Source: Hyphomicrobium sp.
Lineage (GTDB): Bacteria > Pseudomonadota > Alphaproteobacteria > Rhizobiales > Hyphomicrobiaceae
DNA: 59,152 bases
Assembly (NCBI GenBank): GCA_031413815.1
Contig: JANOFU010000094.1
Location: 1-59,152, forward strand
Direction: 5' to 3'
How positions within the stretch are numbered: the stretch's first letter is position 1; every line of letters begins with the position of its first letter. Positions 1 through 9,782 of this stretch are shown piece after piece. The translations under genes were made by a program, and so were the position numbers. The notes under the pieces are model-generated. The model did not search any database and was not told where the DNA came from. It worked only from the letters and a program-made list of their open reading frames with translations.

Positions 1-184
1 CCGGCGGCGGAGATCCGCGCGGCAGCCCGGCTCTACGCCACCGGGTGTCCTTGGGATCAATGTCGGTGGATTCGACCACCTTAACCATGACCTTAACCGT
101 GTCGCCAGGGGCGAATTCGGGGATGCCGCGTTTCGCTAAGATAGCGTCCATTTGCTCGCGGTCGAGCTGCTGAATGATGTCCAT
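1..184 (-). CDS. 5' fragment of a ribosomal protein L19 (rplS)-like ORF; runs off the window start and loses L19 similarity after about codon 39
   Basis: Minus-strand ATG at 184 with an AAGGAAcgaaa RBS. Translation [38 protein letters not shown] matches the conserved L19 N-terminus, but the universal EGVVI core is absent in all three frames downstream. No trmD lies upstream, as would be expected for a genuine rplS. Confidence 0.35.
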   Translation of the reverse strand, partial: MDIIQQLDREQMDAILAKRGIPEFAPGDTVKVMVKVVESTDIDPKDTRWRRAGLPRGSPPP

Positions 185-1343
185 TTTCGTTCCTTTTTTC
201 TTATTTTTCAATGCAGAGGAGCTGTGCGGTGAACGGAAAGTTCAACCTGCTGCAACTCGTGCGGCCCTTGTGGGCAACCCTGTGACGGGAATTTGTTAAA
301 CGGGTGATACCGGAAACGCGGGTTGATGTCGAGTGTGGACCATGATGGCGCGGCGTCGCGGTGGGGTAAGGGAATTTGGGGTCAGGCACGTCGCGGGCGG
401 TGTCGCGGGTGGGCGATGATTGGCAGTGCCTGACCCCGTTGGGACGTTTGCCATCCTGGCCGGGCCGTTTTTCGCGATCTCTCGGCAACGTCATCCCCGC
501 GCCCTTGAGCGCAGCGAAAGGGAAACACGGCGGGGCCCCAGTCGAGCTGATGGCTGGGTGAGATGTTGGACTGCGCAAGGTGCTGTCTTCATGTCCTTCT
601 GACGCTTGTCTGGGGTCCCGCCTGCCGCCCTCCGGTACGGTCCCTCCGGGACGCGGGAATGACGGGACAGGGGGCCACTGCTGCCGCACTCCGCGATCTT
701 GCGATCCGGGGGTTTGCGGCAGTCCCTAGTCCCAACTCCGAAATAATTCGGGGAGCGGGGCGCGGCTGCACCGCGGTCGTCCGCAGTGCTGTAGTTAGAA
801 GGCGCAACGGCGCCCCGCTTTCAGGCTTTTGAACCGGGGGTCTAAGCTTTTACCCCGGCCTCAACGAGGCACCCTTAACCGAAGACAATTCCGGGGCCTG
901 CCTCACGACAGGGGGTGCGTTCGCCGCGGAAGGGTTGGCTGCGTCAGCCGCGTGTTTAATCCTTCCGATCCTGCGCCCGCATCGCATCAACTAAGCGCCC
1001 CTAGCAGACGCCCTCGAGTGATGCGGGATGGCGCGAGTATGGGTCAGGCTTGGAGCGCGGGGATAACTTCGGTGTTTGGGATCGAAGAAATTTCCGGCTG
1101 GTTCGCGGACCGTGGTTAAGCGGTTGGGACTGATCATGACGATCGACGTCCGCAATGGACCAACAGCAGAAGCGCAGTTGGCGCAGCGATTAACGATTCC
1201 CGGCCTTGGTACTCACATAGCCAACGGCTATCGAAACCAAACCCAAAGGGCATTTCAGATCGCTGGCCGCCGCCGATAGGTTCCTCCTCAACCGCACAGC
1301 ACTTCAGGCTGCGGTCCAACAGCCGACCCAAAGGAGAACTCCA

Positions 1344-1607
1344 ATGAATAAGCTACCCCTCGCCGCTCTCGCCGTCGTTTTGTTCGCTGGCGTCACGCCG
1401 GCTTTGGCCAAGGAAGACTGCGATGCCGGCTTTAAGACCCACATGGGCAAGATGAGCATCTACATCGACAAAACCTCTGGCTACGAACTCGCTGACGCTG
1501 TGCGCAAGTCGCTTGATGCCTATAATTCCTGCAAGGCTGGCGACAGCTTCTCGCCGAAAGGCGTTTGGGACAAGATCGAAGCCGACATGGCTGCCAAGGG
1601 CAAGTAA
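1344..1607 (+). CDS. small secreted protein (87 aa) with a Sec signal peptide (cleavage after ALA) and 2 Cys; hypothetical
   Basis: Strong RBS AAAGGAGA 6 nt upstream of the ATG. N-terminal hydrophobic signal MNKLPLAALAVVLFAGVTPALA. A terminator-like hairpin follows. Confidence 0.6.
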   Translation: MNKLPLAALAVVLFAGVTPALAKEDCDAGFKTHMGKMSIYIDKTSGYELADAVRKSLDAYNSCKAGDSFSPKGVWDKIEADMAAKGK

Positions 1608-1631
1608 GCACCTTACTGCTGATCGAACTTA

Positions 1632-1666
1632 GGGCTTCCGGGTGACAAGCCGGGAAGCCCTTTGCA
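1632..1666 (+). terminator. rho-independent terminator-like hairpin after the small secreted protein gene
   Basis: GGGCTTCCGG-gtgacaa-(G)CCGGGAAGCCC followed by TTTgcat. It overlaps the annotated upstream extension of the protease ORF, which argues for the internal protease start at 1720. Confidence 0.45.
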
Positions 1667-1719
1667 TGAGCAGTGGCCAGCAGCACATTACTTTCCGTCG
1701 TTTGCCCCATCAGGGAGGC

Positions 1720-3384
1720 ACCATGCAGACCTTTTCAAGAACGGCCGCGGCGATACTGGCGGCGGTTCTCACAGCACTCACAGCGGCAGGCATGTCTTTG
1801 CCGGGCGCACGAGCGGGGTCTGAAGCAAGCTCTGGCGGTGCAATCCTGTCGAATTTACCGCCGCATGACAGCCCTGAATACAAAGCACTTTTGAAGGCCG
1901 CCGGAAATCCGCGCGGCGAAGAATTAGAGATGACCAAATCAGAAATGTGGGATGTGGCGCCTGAGCGCATTGACGTGCTGATCACTGCGGCCGCTCAGCA
2001 GGGTGTGACTGTTACCAAACTCAATTCGGATTGGAACCAAGCGCTAACGCCAATGCCGGCTGGCAGTGCCATGTCGGAAAATCAGCAGAAAATGATGAAC
2101 GACACGATGGCCGCTAAGTCCGTGATGGGAATGAGTATGATGGAGCTCCCGCAATCCAGTTCCATTGAATATGCACTGACGAAGGGGATGCGTAAAGGGG
2201 GCGGCCAGGCGGCTCAGCAAAAGCTTGTTATTCCGCTCAATGAAAATGTCTCGGTCACGGCCGAACGCACCAGCGTGTCGAAGACTGCGGATGGCTATGT
2301 GTGGCGCGGTGTCGTCATGGGCAGCGACGATCTCGTGACGTTGATGTGGTGGCCGAACGGCCGTTTGACAGGAACCATTTCGTACAAAGGGCATATCTAT
2401 GCCGTGAAGCATATGGGTGGCATGATGCACGGCATCGTCGAAATGTCGCCAGCCATGTTGCCGCCCGAGCATGCACCAATGGACGCCGGCACGATGAAAA
2501 AAATGAACTTGAAAGCAGATCCCTTCGTCAAGCACGGCGATGCCAGGATGATGATGGATGCCTCTGGCGCGGCTTCTGGCACTATTGCACCCGTATTCGG
2601 CGTGCCAAACCGTTCTGGCAACAGAGATCTGCAGGATGCGCCATTGGGGAAGAAGGCAATTGCAGCCCCGCCGCCGGCATTCATAACTGTCAAGCCGTTC
2701 ATGAGGGCGCAAAAACTTGCGCCAGTGGTGATCTCTGTGATTGCCGCCTACACGAAACAGGCAGCCAGCCTCTATAGCGACATTGGAAAGGATTTAATCG
2801 CACTGACGATCGAGGACGCCAATCAATCCTTTCGCAACAGTGGAATAGGCAACGTCCGCCTTGAACTCGTCCATGCCTACCAAACGGACTACACCGAAGA
2901 GGGCAGCCACTTTGAGCACGTGTTCCGGTTCGTCTACAAAGACGATGGCTACATGGATGACGTGCACGCGCTGCGCGAGCGCTACCGGGCCGATGTCGCC
3001 ATTCTCTTTGTTCATGATCCCAATGGCTGCGGCTTAGCCGCCCAAGTGCAGGCGCCTGCCGATCGCGCCTTCGCCGTCGTGCATCACGAATGTGCGGCCA
3101 CGACCTATTCTGTCAGTCATGAAATTGGACACCTGATCGGCGCCCGCCACGATGAAGCGCTGGATGACAGCGATACCCCGTTTCCTTTTGGACATGGCTT
3201 TGTCCACGGCAACAAATGGCGCACCATGATGAGCTACAAGGAAAGCTGCGGCGGCTGCCCGCGCTTGCCAGTCTGGTCCAACCCGGGCGTAAAAATCCGT
3301 GGTGTGCGAGCGGGCTCAAAGACCAGCAATAATGCACGCGTCATCGCTGAGAACGCCAGCCGCGTCGCGGCATTTAAGAACTAG
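1720..3384 (+). CDS. secreted zinc metalloprotease, metzincin (reprolysin-like)
   Basis: Signal peptide MQTFSRTAAAILAAVLTALTAAG with a GGGAGG RBS. Carries the HEIGHLIGARHD (HExxHxxGxxH) zinc site followed by a Met-turn (MMSY). Confidence 0.8.
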   Translation, partial: TMQTFSRTAAAILAAVLTALTAAGMSLPGARAGSEASSGGAILSNLPPHDSPEYKALLKAAGNPRGEELEMTKSEMWDVAPERIDVLITAAAQQGVTVTKLNSDWNQALTPMPAGSAMSENQQKMMNDTMAAKSVMGMSMMELPQSSSIEYALTKGMRKGGGQAAQQKLVIPLNENVSVTAERTSVSKTADGYVWRGVVMGSDDLVTLMWWPNGRLTGTISYKGHIYAVKHMGGMMHGIVEMSPAMLPPEHAPMDAGTMKKMNLKADPFVKHGDARMMMDASGAASGTIAPVFGVPNRSGNRDLQDAPLGKKAIAAPPPAFITVKPFMRAQKLAPVVISVIAAYTKQAASLYSDIGKDLIALTIEDANQSFRNSGIGNVRLELVHAYQTDYTEEGSHFEHVFRFVYKDDGYMDDVHALRERYRADVAILFVHDPNGCGLAAQVQAPADRAFAVVHHECAATTYSVSHEIGHLIGARHDEALDDSDTPFPFGHGFVHGNKWRTMMSYKESCGGCPRLPVWSNPGVKIRGVRAGSKTSNNARVIAENASRVAAFKN

Positions 3385-3387
3385 AAT

Positions 3388-4275
3388 ATGGAAATCCACG
3401 AAATCCGCTATTTCCTGGCTGTTGCGGAAAACAAGAACTTCACCCGTGCGGCGCAACAGTGCGGGGTCTCGCAGCCTGCAATAACGCGCGCCATCCGCAA
3501 ACTTGAAGCAGAGTTGGGGGGGCTCCTGTTTGATCGCCGCCCAGGGCGCACGGCGCTGACGGAACTTGGCCGCCGACTGATGCCACGTCTTGAAAAGGCC
3601 TACATCGAAGTCGGCAAGGCAAAGGAAACCGCAAACGCACTGTCAGATGCCCGCAAGCACATGTTGCGCTTGGGGGTTATGTGCACAATCGCGCCGACCC
3701 ACATGACGACTTTGCTTGAAAAGCTAAGACATAAGGTTCCAGATCTTGTCATTTCGCTGCTGGATGCAAAGTCGTCAGAGGTGGTTGAGTTGCTGCTCGC
3801 TGACGAAATCGATATAGGCCTGTCGGCTTGGCCCGAGTATCCTGAAGAAATTGCGCTTGTGCCGTTGTTCCGCGAACGGTTCGCCGTTGCCTTCGCCAAG
3901 GGACATGCTTTCGAAAAGCTTCCCGCCATTGCACTTGGTCAATTAGCGGGCGAAAATTATCTCGACCGGCTCGGCTGCGAGTTCAATGAGTACTACGCGT
4001 TCGAATTTGGAGACTGGACCATCGATATGGACGTCAGGTTTTCCTCTGAACGTGAAGACTGGATACAGGCCATGATCAAGGCTGGAGCCGGATGTTCGAT
4101 TGTGCCAGAGTTCACGCCTTTACTGGATGGTATCGCGACACGGCCGCTGACCGAGCCAGGCGTGATCCGTCAAGTCAGTCTTTTAACAGCGCGCGGGCGC
4201 ATTTTTTCGCCGGTCGCGGAAGCCTTTGTTAGGCTGGCGCGGGCCCACACTTGGCAAAAGCGCATCCACGCTTGA
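3388..4275 (+). CDS. LysR-family transcriptional regulator
   Basis: N-terminal HTH IRYFLAVAENKNFTRAAQQCGVSQPAITRAIRKLE plus a C-terminal substrate-binding domain. Confidence 0.85.
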   Translation: MEIHEIRYFLAVAENKNFTRAAQQCGVSQPAITRAIRKLEAELGGLLFDRRPGRTALTELGRRLMPRLEKAYIEVGKAKETANALSDARKHMLRLGVMCTIAPTHMTTLLEKLRHKVPDLVISLLDAKSSEVVELLLADEIDIGLSAWPEYPEEIALVPLFRERFAVAFAKGHAFEKLPAIALGQLAGENYLDRLGCEFNEYYAFEFGDWTIDMDVRFSSEREDWIQAMIKAGAGCSIVPEFTPLLDGIATRPLTEPGVIRQVSLLTARGRIFSPVAEAFVRLARAHTWQKRIHA

Positions 4276-4317
4276 ATTGGAGAAACAGGGAATTGTGGTT
4301 TGCTATTTTCAAGCTGT

Positions 4318-5502
4318 CTATCGGACACCAGCACCCAGCCGCCGAGTCAGTGCCGCTGCCACCACGAGTGCCGCACCTACGCCCACTACCGCTGCGGGCC
4401 AGCCAAAACGGTCGAAGAGCTGACCGGCAAGCGCAGCGCCGGCTAAGCCACCGGCAAAGTAAGACGCAAGATATAGTCCGCTTGCTGCGCTTCTGTTGGC
4501 CGTTGCAGCGTGGCTAACGTAGCCCGTCGCCAGTGCTTGAGCGAAAAAAGTTCCGGCGGCAACCAGCACCATGCCTGTTATGACTGCTGGAAGACTAGGC
4601 AGCAGCATCAGGGGCAGGCCAAGACCGGCGACAGCGAGAGCGCTCCACAGCGCCTTCTGTATTCCAAAATGGGCAGCCGCCCGGCCCGCGAGCGGAGTTG
4701 TGAATATTGAAGGCAGGAATACAAAGTAGATAAAGCCAAGCTGCATCATGCCAACTTGCAAGGGCGGGCGGACCAATACGAAATTGACATAAGTAAAGGT
4801 GCCTATGAACGCGAACAGAATACAGAACCCAATTCCGAACGCAGCGCGCAGGTTTGGCGTTCTGAGATGAGCGATTAGGGCATCCGATGGCTTCTTAGTA
4901 CGCGCGAGAACCGGCGATGCGTGCCGGGTCTTCGAGATGGTCGCCATAACCAGAGCCGCACCCGCAAGATTGAGGGCAGAGAATACGTAAAAGTTGGCCG
5001 CCAATCCCGCGTGATCAACAACCGATGTTGCGATCAACCGGCCGATGAAATTGCTCGCCACGTTGCCCGTGATGTAGGCGGCAAACGCGGCGGTTGTGTC
5101 TTTGGGACACGTGGCATCGCCCAAATAGGCAAGTGTCAATCCGAATGCCGTCGACATACACAGCCCCTGCACGATGCGCAGAAGGGCGAACACCCAAAGA
5201 TTGGGCGCGAACGCTAGTAGCACAGTAGGAAGTGAGAGCAGGCAAAGGCTTGCGGCTATGCCAAATCGCCGGTTGATCGTGCCGCCATAGAGTGCAACAG
5301 CGAGGCCGCCGAGGGCCATGCCAAGTGTGCAGGCGTTGACGGCGAGCCCCATAGCTGCAGGCGCCACCTGGTAATGTGTGACGAGAGTTGGCAGCAGTGC
5401 TTGTGCTGCAAACAGGTCGACTACGGTGAGGAACGCCGTCAGCGCAATAATAGGCAGCCGCAACGGCGCAGCGCTGCTTTCTTGCACAATGCCGGTGCTC
5501 AT
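4318..5502 (-). CDS. MFS transporter
   Basis: 394 aa with about 12 predicted TM helices and MFS-like repeats. High GC3. Confidence 0.8.
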   Translation of the reverse strand: MSTGIVQESSAAPLRLPIIALTAFLTVVDLFAAQALLPTLVTHYQVAPAAMGLAVNACTLGMALGGLAVALYGGTINRRFGIAASLCLLSLPTVLLAFAPNLWVFALLRIVQGLCMSTAFGLTLAYLGDATCPKDTTAAFAAYITGNVASNFIGRLIATSVVDHAGLAANFYVFSALNLAGAALVMATISKTRHASPVLARTKKPSDALIAHLRTPNLRAAFGIGFCILFAFIGTFTYVNFVLVRPPLQVGMMQLGFIYFVFLPSIFTTPLAGRAAAHFGIQKALWSALAVAGLGLPLMLLPSLPAVITGMVLVAAGTFFAQALATGYVSHAATANRSAASGLYLASYFAGGLAGAALAGQLFDRFGWPAAVVGVGAALVVAAALTRRLGAGVR

Positions 5503-5579
5503 CGCGCGAACCTTCTTGCCAACTTGACTGAACCGTCAGCACGCGCAGACCAAGTCTGCGCGTGCCAGCCCTGGTCCGG

Positions 5580-6065
5580 TTACATGCCAGACGCATTCGG
5601 ATCTTTTGCAATGTCTGCCGAGACGAGGACCGCCGCCTGCTTGGTGTTATTTTTCCACCAATGAGATAAACCGCCCTGCTCAACAGACAGGTCGCCGGTG
5701 GCATGCTCAATGGGAACCGCACAATGGCTGGAGTATTCCGTGATCGAGCCAGATACGACGAAGATCAGCGCAGGGCGCTCCTCGTGGCTGTGCCAGGCAA
5801 CTTCGCCGCCGGGCTTGATCTCAAGTCGGCGCATGCGGAAGTGATGACCGGCAACAGCAATCTTTTCTTTCGAAAGATCGATCTGGCCGAGCAGCTTTTC
5901 AGCGACATCTTTATGAGCGGTTGCACCAGGCTTTTGACCATCTGTGGTCACTTTGCCTGCGGGGCATTCGCCAGCAGTTGCGGCTGTTGCGAAGGCTACG
6001 AGGCAACCTGCGAGCACGCCAGCAACCGTGCGCGGCAGTTTGGATCGTGATGAAGTTTTTGACAT
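5580..6065 (-). CDS. periplasmic cupin-domain protein
   Basis: Signal peptide (VAGVLAGCLVAFATAATAG) with an AGGAG RBS. Cupin His motif HFRMRRLEIKPGGEVAWHSHEE. Confidence 0.7.
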   Translation of the reverse strand: MSKTSSRSKLPRTVAGVLAGCLVAFATAATAGECPAGKVTTDGQKPGATAHKDVAEKLLGQIDLSKEKIAVAGHHFRMRRLEIKPGGEVAWHSHEERPALIFVVSGSITEYSSHCAVPIEHATGDLSVEQGGLSHWWKNNTKQAAVLVSADIAKDPNASGM

Positions 6066-6200
6066 GACGGATGACTCCTGAGCAAGTTTTGAACGGCGGC
6101 GGGGGGCCGCTTTGACACTCCGGAGAATGCGTCAAGAGACGTCTCGTTTTGAAATATCGATTGAGTCCGGAATCGATAGGTGCTGGCTATTGGTGCAGGT

Positions 6201-7580
6201 TCAAACCGCTCGAGCGCACAGGTCCATCGTGCCTGTGACGCCCGCAACGCGGGCGCCAGCCCGCGTCTGAGGGTTGGTCGCCGGTCTGTATCCCTGAGCC
6301 ACAGCTGCCGCGAATGTTGAGGCCGGAAACAACGCCCGGCTTTTCTCGATTTTGTTATGCTTTTCGAGTTTGGCAGCGAGATTGACGGCGTCTCCAATCA
6401 CAGTGAACTCGAGGCGGTCGCCATCGCCGAGCGTCGCAAACACGACAGGCCCTGATGCAACGGCTGCATTGACATTGAGATTGGCGCCAATTCCCCTTTT
6501 TGCAAGGGACGCCTGCCATGCAACGGTATCTGCCAATATCTCATCGAGTGCGCGTAAGGCTTCTGCCGCGGCCACTGGGCTTGGTGTCGCTGCTCCAAAT
6601 GTCGCCATCACGCCATCGCCTAGAAACTTATCGATCACGCCGCCATGGGCGCGAACGATGGGAATGATACGTGAGTGGAATGATGTTAGCATTTCCACGA
6701 CCTGTTTAGGCGGAACGTTCATGGCAAAGGCAGTGAAACCACGAATGTCGATCATGAGGATTGCCGCGTCACGCTCTACGGCCTCGCCTGCGACGATGAG
6801 CGTGTCCGAGCCAGCGATTTGATCTGCCACACCCCGCGAAAGAAACCTGCCGATCTCTTTGGCCGCCGCCTCTTCGCGCACAGCGGCTATCAACGTGCGT
6901 TGCGCCCGTCGCGCATTCAGTGCAAGTAATCCAGTTGTTAGAAGCAGCGCGAACACCTTATCGAACTCGGCACCAAAAAGGATTCGTGAACTTGTCGCAT
7001 AGTCCGTGAAGCTTCGTGTAATTGCGCCGGGTCCGTCGCTCATGGCAGCCGCCAGCGTGAGCACGATCCAGCCGGCTGCCGCCGTTGCGCCGGCTGCGAG
7101 CACATAGCGGGCGTCAAAGCGTAAGGCCCTCAAGACAACAAAAACAAACAAATATACGAACGTAGGGGCCTTGAGAGAAAAACCGGCCGGTTGCTGGTAC
7201 TCAATATGGAATGCCCAGATGAGAGCGAGTAGCAAACCGACATCTACGGAGATCGACAACCCAACGAACCAATCAGGTGTCCGGCTTTGCAATATCAGCC
7301 AGTAGCGGAACAACGAAAATGAGAGATAGATGCTGAGCGCAATAGGCACCGGAGAGAACATCGAGATGGCGGCGTCGGTGGGGCGTGGCGCAAGCAGGTA
7401 GAGCGCCCACAGTGTGCAGCCAATGCCGAGTTGGACAAGACCGATCAAGCGTTCACTGGCACGATCCTCCATCGTCACAACCATTTTGACGCGATCGGGA
7501 AGTTCTGAAGTAGACGGTTTTCGCCACAGTGATTGCCACACCTGGTTAAACGGCAGGCCCGCATTTTGCTCTTGCCGCAT
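6201..7580 (-). CDS. membrane-anchored class III adenylate/guanylate cyclase (N-terminal multi-TM domain plus CHD catalytic domain)
   Basis: Catalytic motifs ILMIDIRGFTAF...KFLGDGVMATFGA. N-terminal hydrophobic helices. The exact start is ambiguous (M1 at 7580, M33 at 7484 or M37 at 7472). Confidence 0.85.
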   Translation of the reverse strand: MRQEQNAGLPFNQVWQSLWRKPSTSELPDRVKMVVTMEDRASERLIGLVQLGIGCTLWALYLLAPRPTDAAISMFSPVPIALSIYLSFSLFRYWLILQSRTPDWFVGLSISVDVGLLLALIWAFHIEYQQPAGFSLKAPTFVYLFVFVVLRALRFDARYVLAAGATAAAGWIVLTLAAAMSDGPGAITRSFTDYATSSRILFGAEFDKVFALLLTTGLLALNARRAQRTLIAAVREEAAAKEIGRFLSRGVADQIAGSDTLIVAGEAVERDAAILMIDIRGFTAFAMNVPPKQVVEMLTSFHSRIIPIVRAHGGVIDKFLGDGVMATFGAATPSPVAAAEALRALDEILADTVAWQASLAKRGIGANLNVNAAVASGPVVFATLGDGDRLEFTVIGDAVNLAAKLEKHNKIEKSRALFPASTFAAAVAQGYRPATNPQTRAGARVAGVTGTMDLCARAV

Positions 7581-7613
7581 ACCGGTACCCCGCTTTTCCC
7601 GGATTGGGAGCGT

Positions 7614-8687
7614 TCACAAAAACTCTTCGGTCAGGTCGACACTCGACTCCTCACCTACTCTGTCGAAGTTCTTGTCCAGCCATCCGGCCGCTCTGTTGCG
7701 GCCAACATCGCGTAAGCGGCACAGAAAATCCCAATCCGGGTTGAGCTTCGTCGCCACGCCCAGCTGCGCCATTTCGGCATCATCCCGGATTGAGTGCACC
7801 AGCATGCGCTTGTACTTGGTAGCATCGAGCGCCGCCTCGTCAATGAGCCGTGTAACAAACTCTATCGCTCGCATTTCGCGCATCAGGGACGAGTTAAAGC
7901 TAATCTCGTTGATGCGGTCGAAGATCTCCGGCGATGACGTTGGCAGCTTTTTGCGCTCTATCGGGTTGATGTGAACGATGACCACATCGCGCGGGCCGCC
8001 ATTGTAGATGAGGGGAAAAATGGCGGGATTGCCCATAAATCCCCCGTCCCAATAGGCCTCGCCGTCGATTTCGACAGCCTGGAAGACGTAGGGAAGGCAG
8101 GCCGATGCAAGCACTGCGTCGGACGTAAGTTCGGAGTTGTGAAACACCTTGATCTTGCCAGACCGAACATTTGTGGCGCTGAGGAAAATGCGGTTTGTTT
8201 TATTGCATTTTCTCAGGTGCTCGAAGTCGACCACTTTTTCGAGCACATCTCTAAGCGGGTTGAAATTGTATGGATTGAGCTGGTAGGGCGAGAATAGGTG
8301 TGTCAGGGCTTGGAACGATTGATAAGCCGGTGAGAATTCAGAATGGCAGCCAAAAGCGGCCAGCGCTTTTTCCCATGGCAGTGATTGCACGGGGCTGTAC
8401 AGCTGGCCAGCGCGGCTGATTTCTGTCCAAAACTCAAGAAGTTTTTCGCGTGCGCCGGCCGCGCCGCCAAGTGAGTAGCCGTGCGCTAACACCACTGCAT
8501 TCATCGCACCTGCGCTCGTGGCGCTGATTGCTTCGATAGCAAGACGGCCATCTTCCATTATCTTGTCGAGTACGCCCCAGGCAAATGCCCCGTGTGCGCC
8601 ACCGCCTTGCAAGGCGAAGTTGACCGCCTTCTGATTTCCCTGTGCACGCGGCGATGTCTGTGCGAGGACTTTGTGATGCGCGGTCAT
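7614..8687 (-). CDS. patatin-like phospholipase family protein (with a DUF3734-like C-terminal region)
   Basis: GGGAHGAF oxyanion motif, GxSxG (ATSAG) nucleophile and a DGG motif. The start ATG at 8687 overlaps the bdhA stop as ATGA. An alternative start lies at 8699. Confidence 0.85.
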   Translation of the reverse strand: MTAHHKVLAQTSPRAQGNQKAVNFALQGGGAHGAFAWGVLDKIMEDGRLAIEAISATSAGAMNAVVLAHGYSLGGAAGAREKLLEFWTEISRAGQLYSPVQSLPWEKALAAFGCHSEFSPAYQSFQALTHLFSPYQLNPYNFNPLRDVLEKVVDFEHLRKCNKTNRIFLSATNVRSGKIKVFHNSELTSDAVLASACLPYVFQAVEIDGEAYWDGGFMGNPAIFPLIYNGGPRDVVIVHINPIERKKLPTSSPEIFDRINEISFNSSLMREMRAIEFVTRLIDEAALDATKYKRMLVHSIRDDAEMAQLGVATKLNPDWDFLCRLRDVGRNRAAGWLDKNFDRVGEESSVDLTEEFL

Positions 8688-9514
8688 TGGGCTGTCCATC
8701 CACCTTCGATAGGGAGTGCAGCACCCGTTATTGAGGCCGCACCCTGGCTGCAGAGAAACACGGTCAGAGCGCCAATCTCTTCGGTGGTGACAAACTTGTG
8801 TGTTGGCTGAGCGTGCAGCAACACATCGCGAACGACCTGTTCTTCGGTCAGCATGCGCGCATGCGCGGTCTCGGGGATCTGCTTTTCGACCAGCGGCGTC
8901 AGAACATATCCTGGGCATATGGCGTTGGCTGTAATGCCGAATTCAGCGGTTTCCAGAGCCACGGTTTTGGTCAGTCCAACCACACCGTGCTTTGCCGTCA
9001 CGTAGGCAGACTTGAACGGCGAGGCGACCAGCGCATGTGCTGAGGCAATATTGATAATCCGGCCCCACTTGCGTGCCTTCATGCCAGGCACAACGGCGCG
9101 GATGGTGTGAAAAGCCGCCGACAGGTTGATGGCAATAATGGCGTCCCATTTCTCTGGCGGAAAAGTCTCGATGGCCTCCACATGCTGAATGCCAGCATTG
9201 TTGACCAGCACGTCGACCGGGCCGAGATCGTCTGCGGCCACGCTCATCATCTTAGCAATCTCTGCAGGTTTGGACATATCAGCCGCTGAGTAGCCAGTTC
9301 GAACACCAAAGCTCGACTCCAAATAATTCCGCGTCGCGTCGATTTCTTGCGGGTTGCCAAATCCATTAAGCATAACATTGGTGCCCGCGGCCGCCAGTGC
9401 GCGTGCAATGCCAAGCCCGATGCCGCTCGTTGAGCCAGTCACCAAGGCCAACTTGCCGTTGAGGTTGGTTGCAGACAGTGATGATTTCATGTCTGCAATG
9501 GGCCGGGGTTCCAT
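8684..9514 (-). CDS. bdhA: D-3-hydroxybutyrate dehydrogenase (SDR family)
   Basis: TGSTSGIG Rossmann motif, NNAG, and S...YxxxK. Collinear with characterised BdhA sequences. Start is either M at 9514 (AAGGA RBS) or M at 9490. Confidence 0.85.
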   Translation of the reverse strand: MEPRPIADMKSSLSATNLNGKLALVTGSTSGIGLGIARALAAAGTNVMLNGFGNPQEIDATRNYLESSFGVRTGYSAADMSKPAEIAKMMSVAADDLGPVDVLVNNAGIQHVEAIETFPPEKWDAIIAINLSAAFHTIRAVVPGMKARKWGRIINIASAHALVASPFKSAYVTAKHGVVGLTKTVALETAEFGITANAICPGYVLTPLVEKQIPETAHARMLTEEQVVRDVLLHAQPTHKFVTTEEIGALTVFLCSQGAASITGAALPIEGGWTAQ

Positions 9515-9767
9515 TTCGATGGTCCTTTTGTTCAATACTCAAGAAAGAGACCAGGGAACGTTTTAAGGAGAGGGAGGCTCCCGGCTTTTTTCTCAACAGG
9601 TGCTGGATTTCGAGGATTTACTGCCTGCAGTATGTCGTCTTGGTTGATCCGCTGCTGGCAGCAAGATCCCGTGCGTGGCCTTTCATCAAGCGTTCGCAGT
9701 GACCTTCTTGAAACCCACCATAGGCGCTGGCGTACTAGTACTGAAATATCGATTGGGATATGAATTG

Positions 9768-9782
9768 ATAGCTCAGGGCTAT
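9768..9782. promoter_or_regulatory. LTTR-box-like palindrome ATAGC-N5-GCTAT (T-N11-A) in the bdhA/LysR divergent intergenic region
   Basis: Perfect dyad 65 bp upstream of the LysR start. A 10-bp palindrome GTACTAGTAC also lies at 9732-9741. Confidence 0.3.

Noticed and set aside
201-1331. Six-frame ORFs at 201-689 (-), 563-832 (+), 829-1119 (+) and 1076-1279 (+)
   Set aside because: Arg/Pro/Gly-rich translations typical of out-of-frame GC-rich DNA. No RBS, mutually overlapping frames, and no domain similarity.
185-1340. I searched the orphan region for tmRNA, RNase P RNA, SRP RNA and a group II intron domain V
   Set aside because: None of the diagnostic motifs were found: the RNase P GGAAAGTCCGG, a tmRNA tag reading frame ending in ...AA-stop with a tRNA-Ala-like 3' end, or the SRP GGAAGCAGCC. 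It is left as an unexplained structured region.
1642-1719. Annotated N-terminal extension of the metalloprotease ORF (start at 1642)
   Set aside because: It would run through the upstream terminator hairpin. The internal ATG at 1720 has a GGGAGG RBS and yields a canonical signal peptide.
6201-8687. The patatin-like phospholipase adjacent to a nucleotidyl cyclase looked like a CBASS/Pycsar-type anti-phage module
   Set aside because: The cyclase is a membrane-anchored class III (CHD) enzyme typical of housekeeping Cya proteins, not a CD-NTase. The patatin protein carries the common DUF3734-type C-terminus and is translationally coupled to bdhA. No Cap or other defence accessory genes are present.
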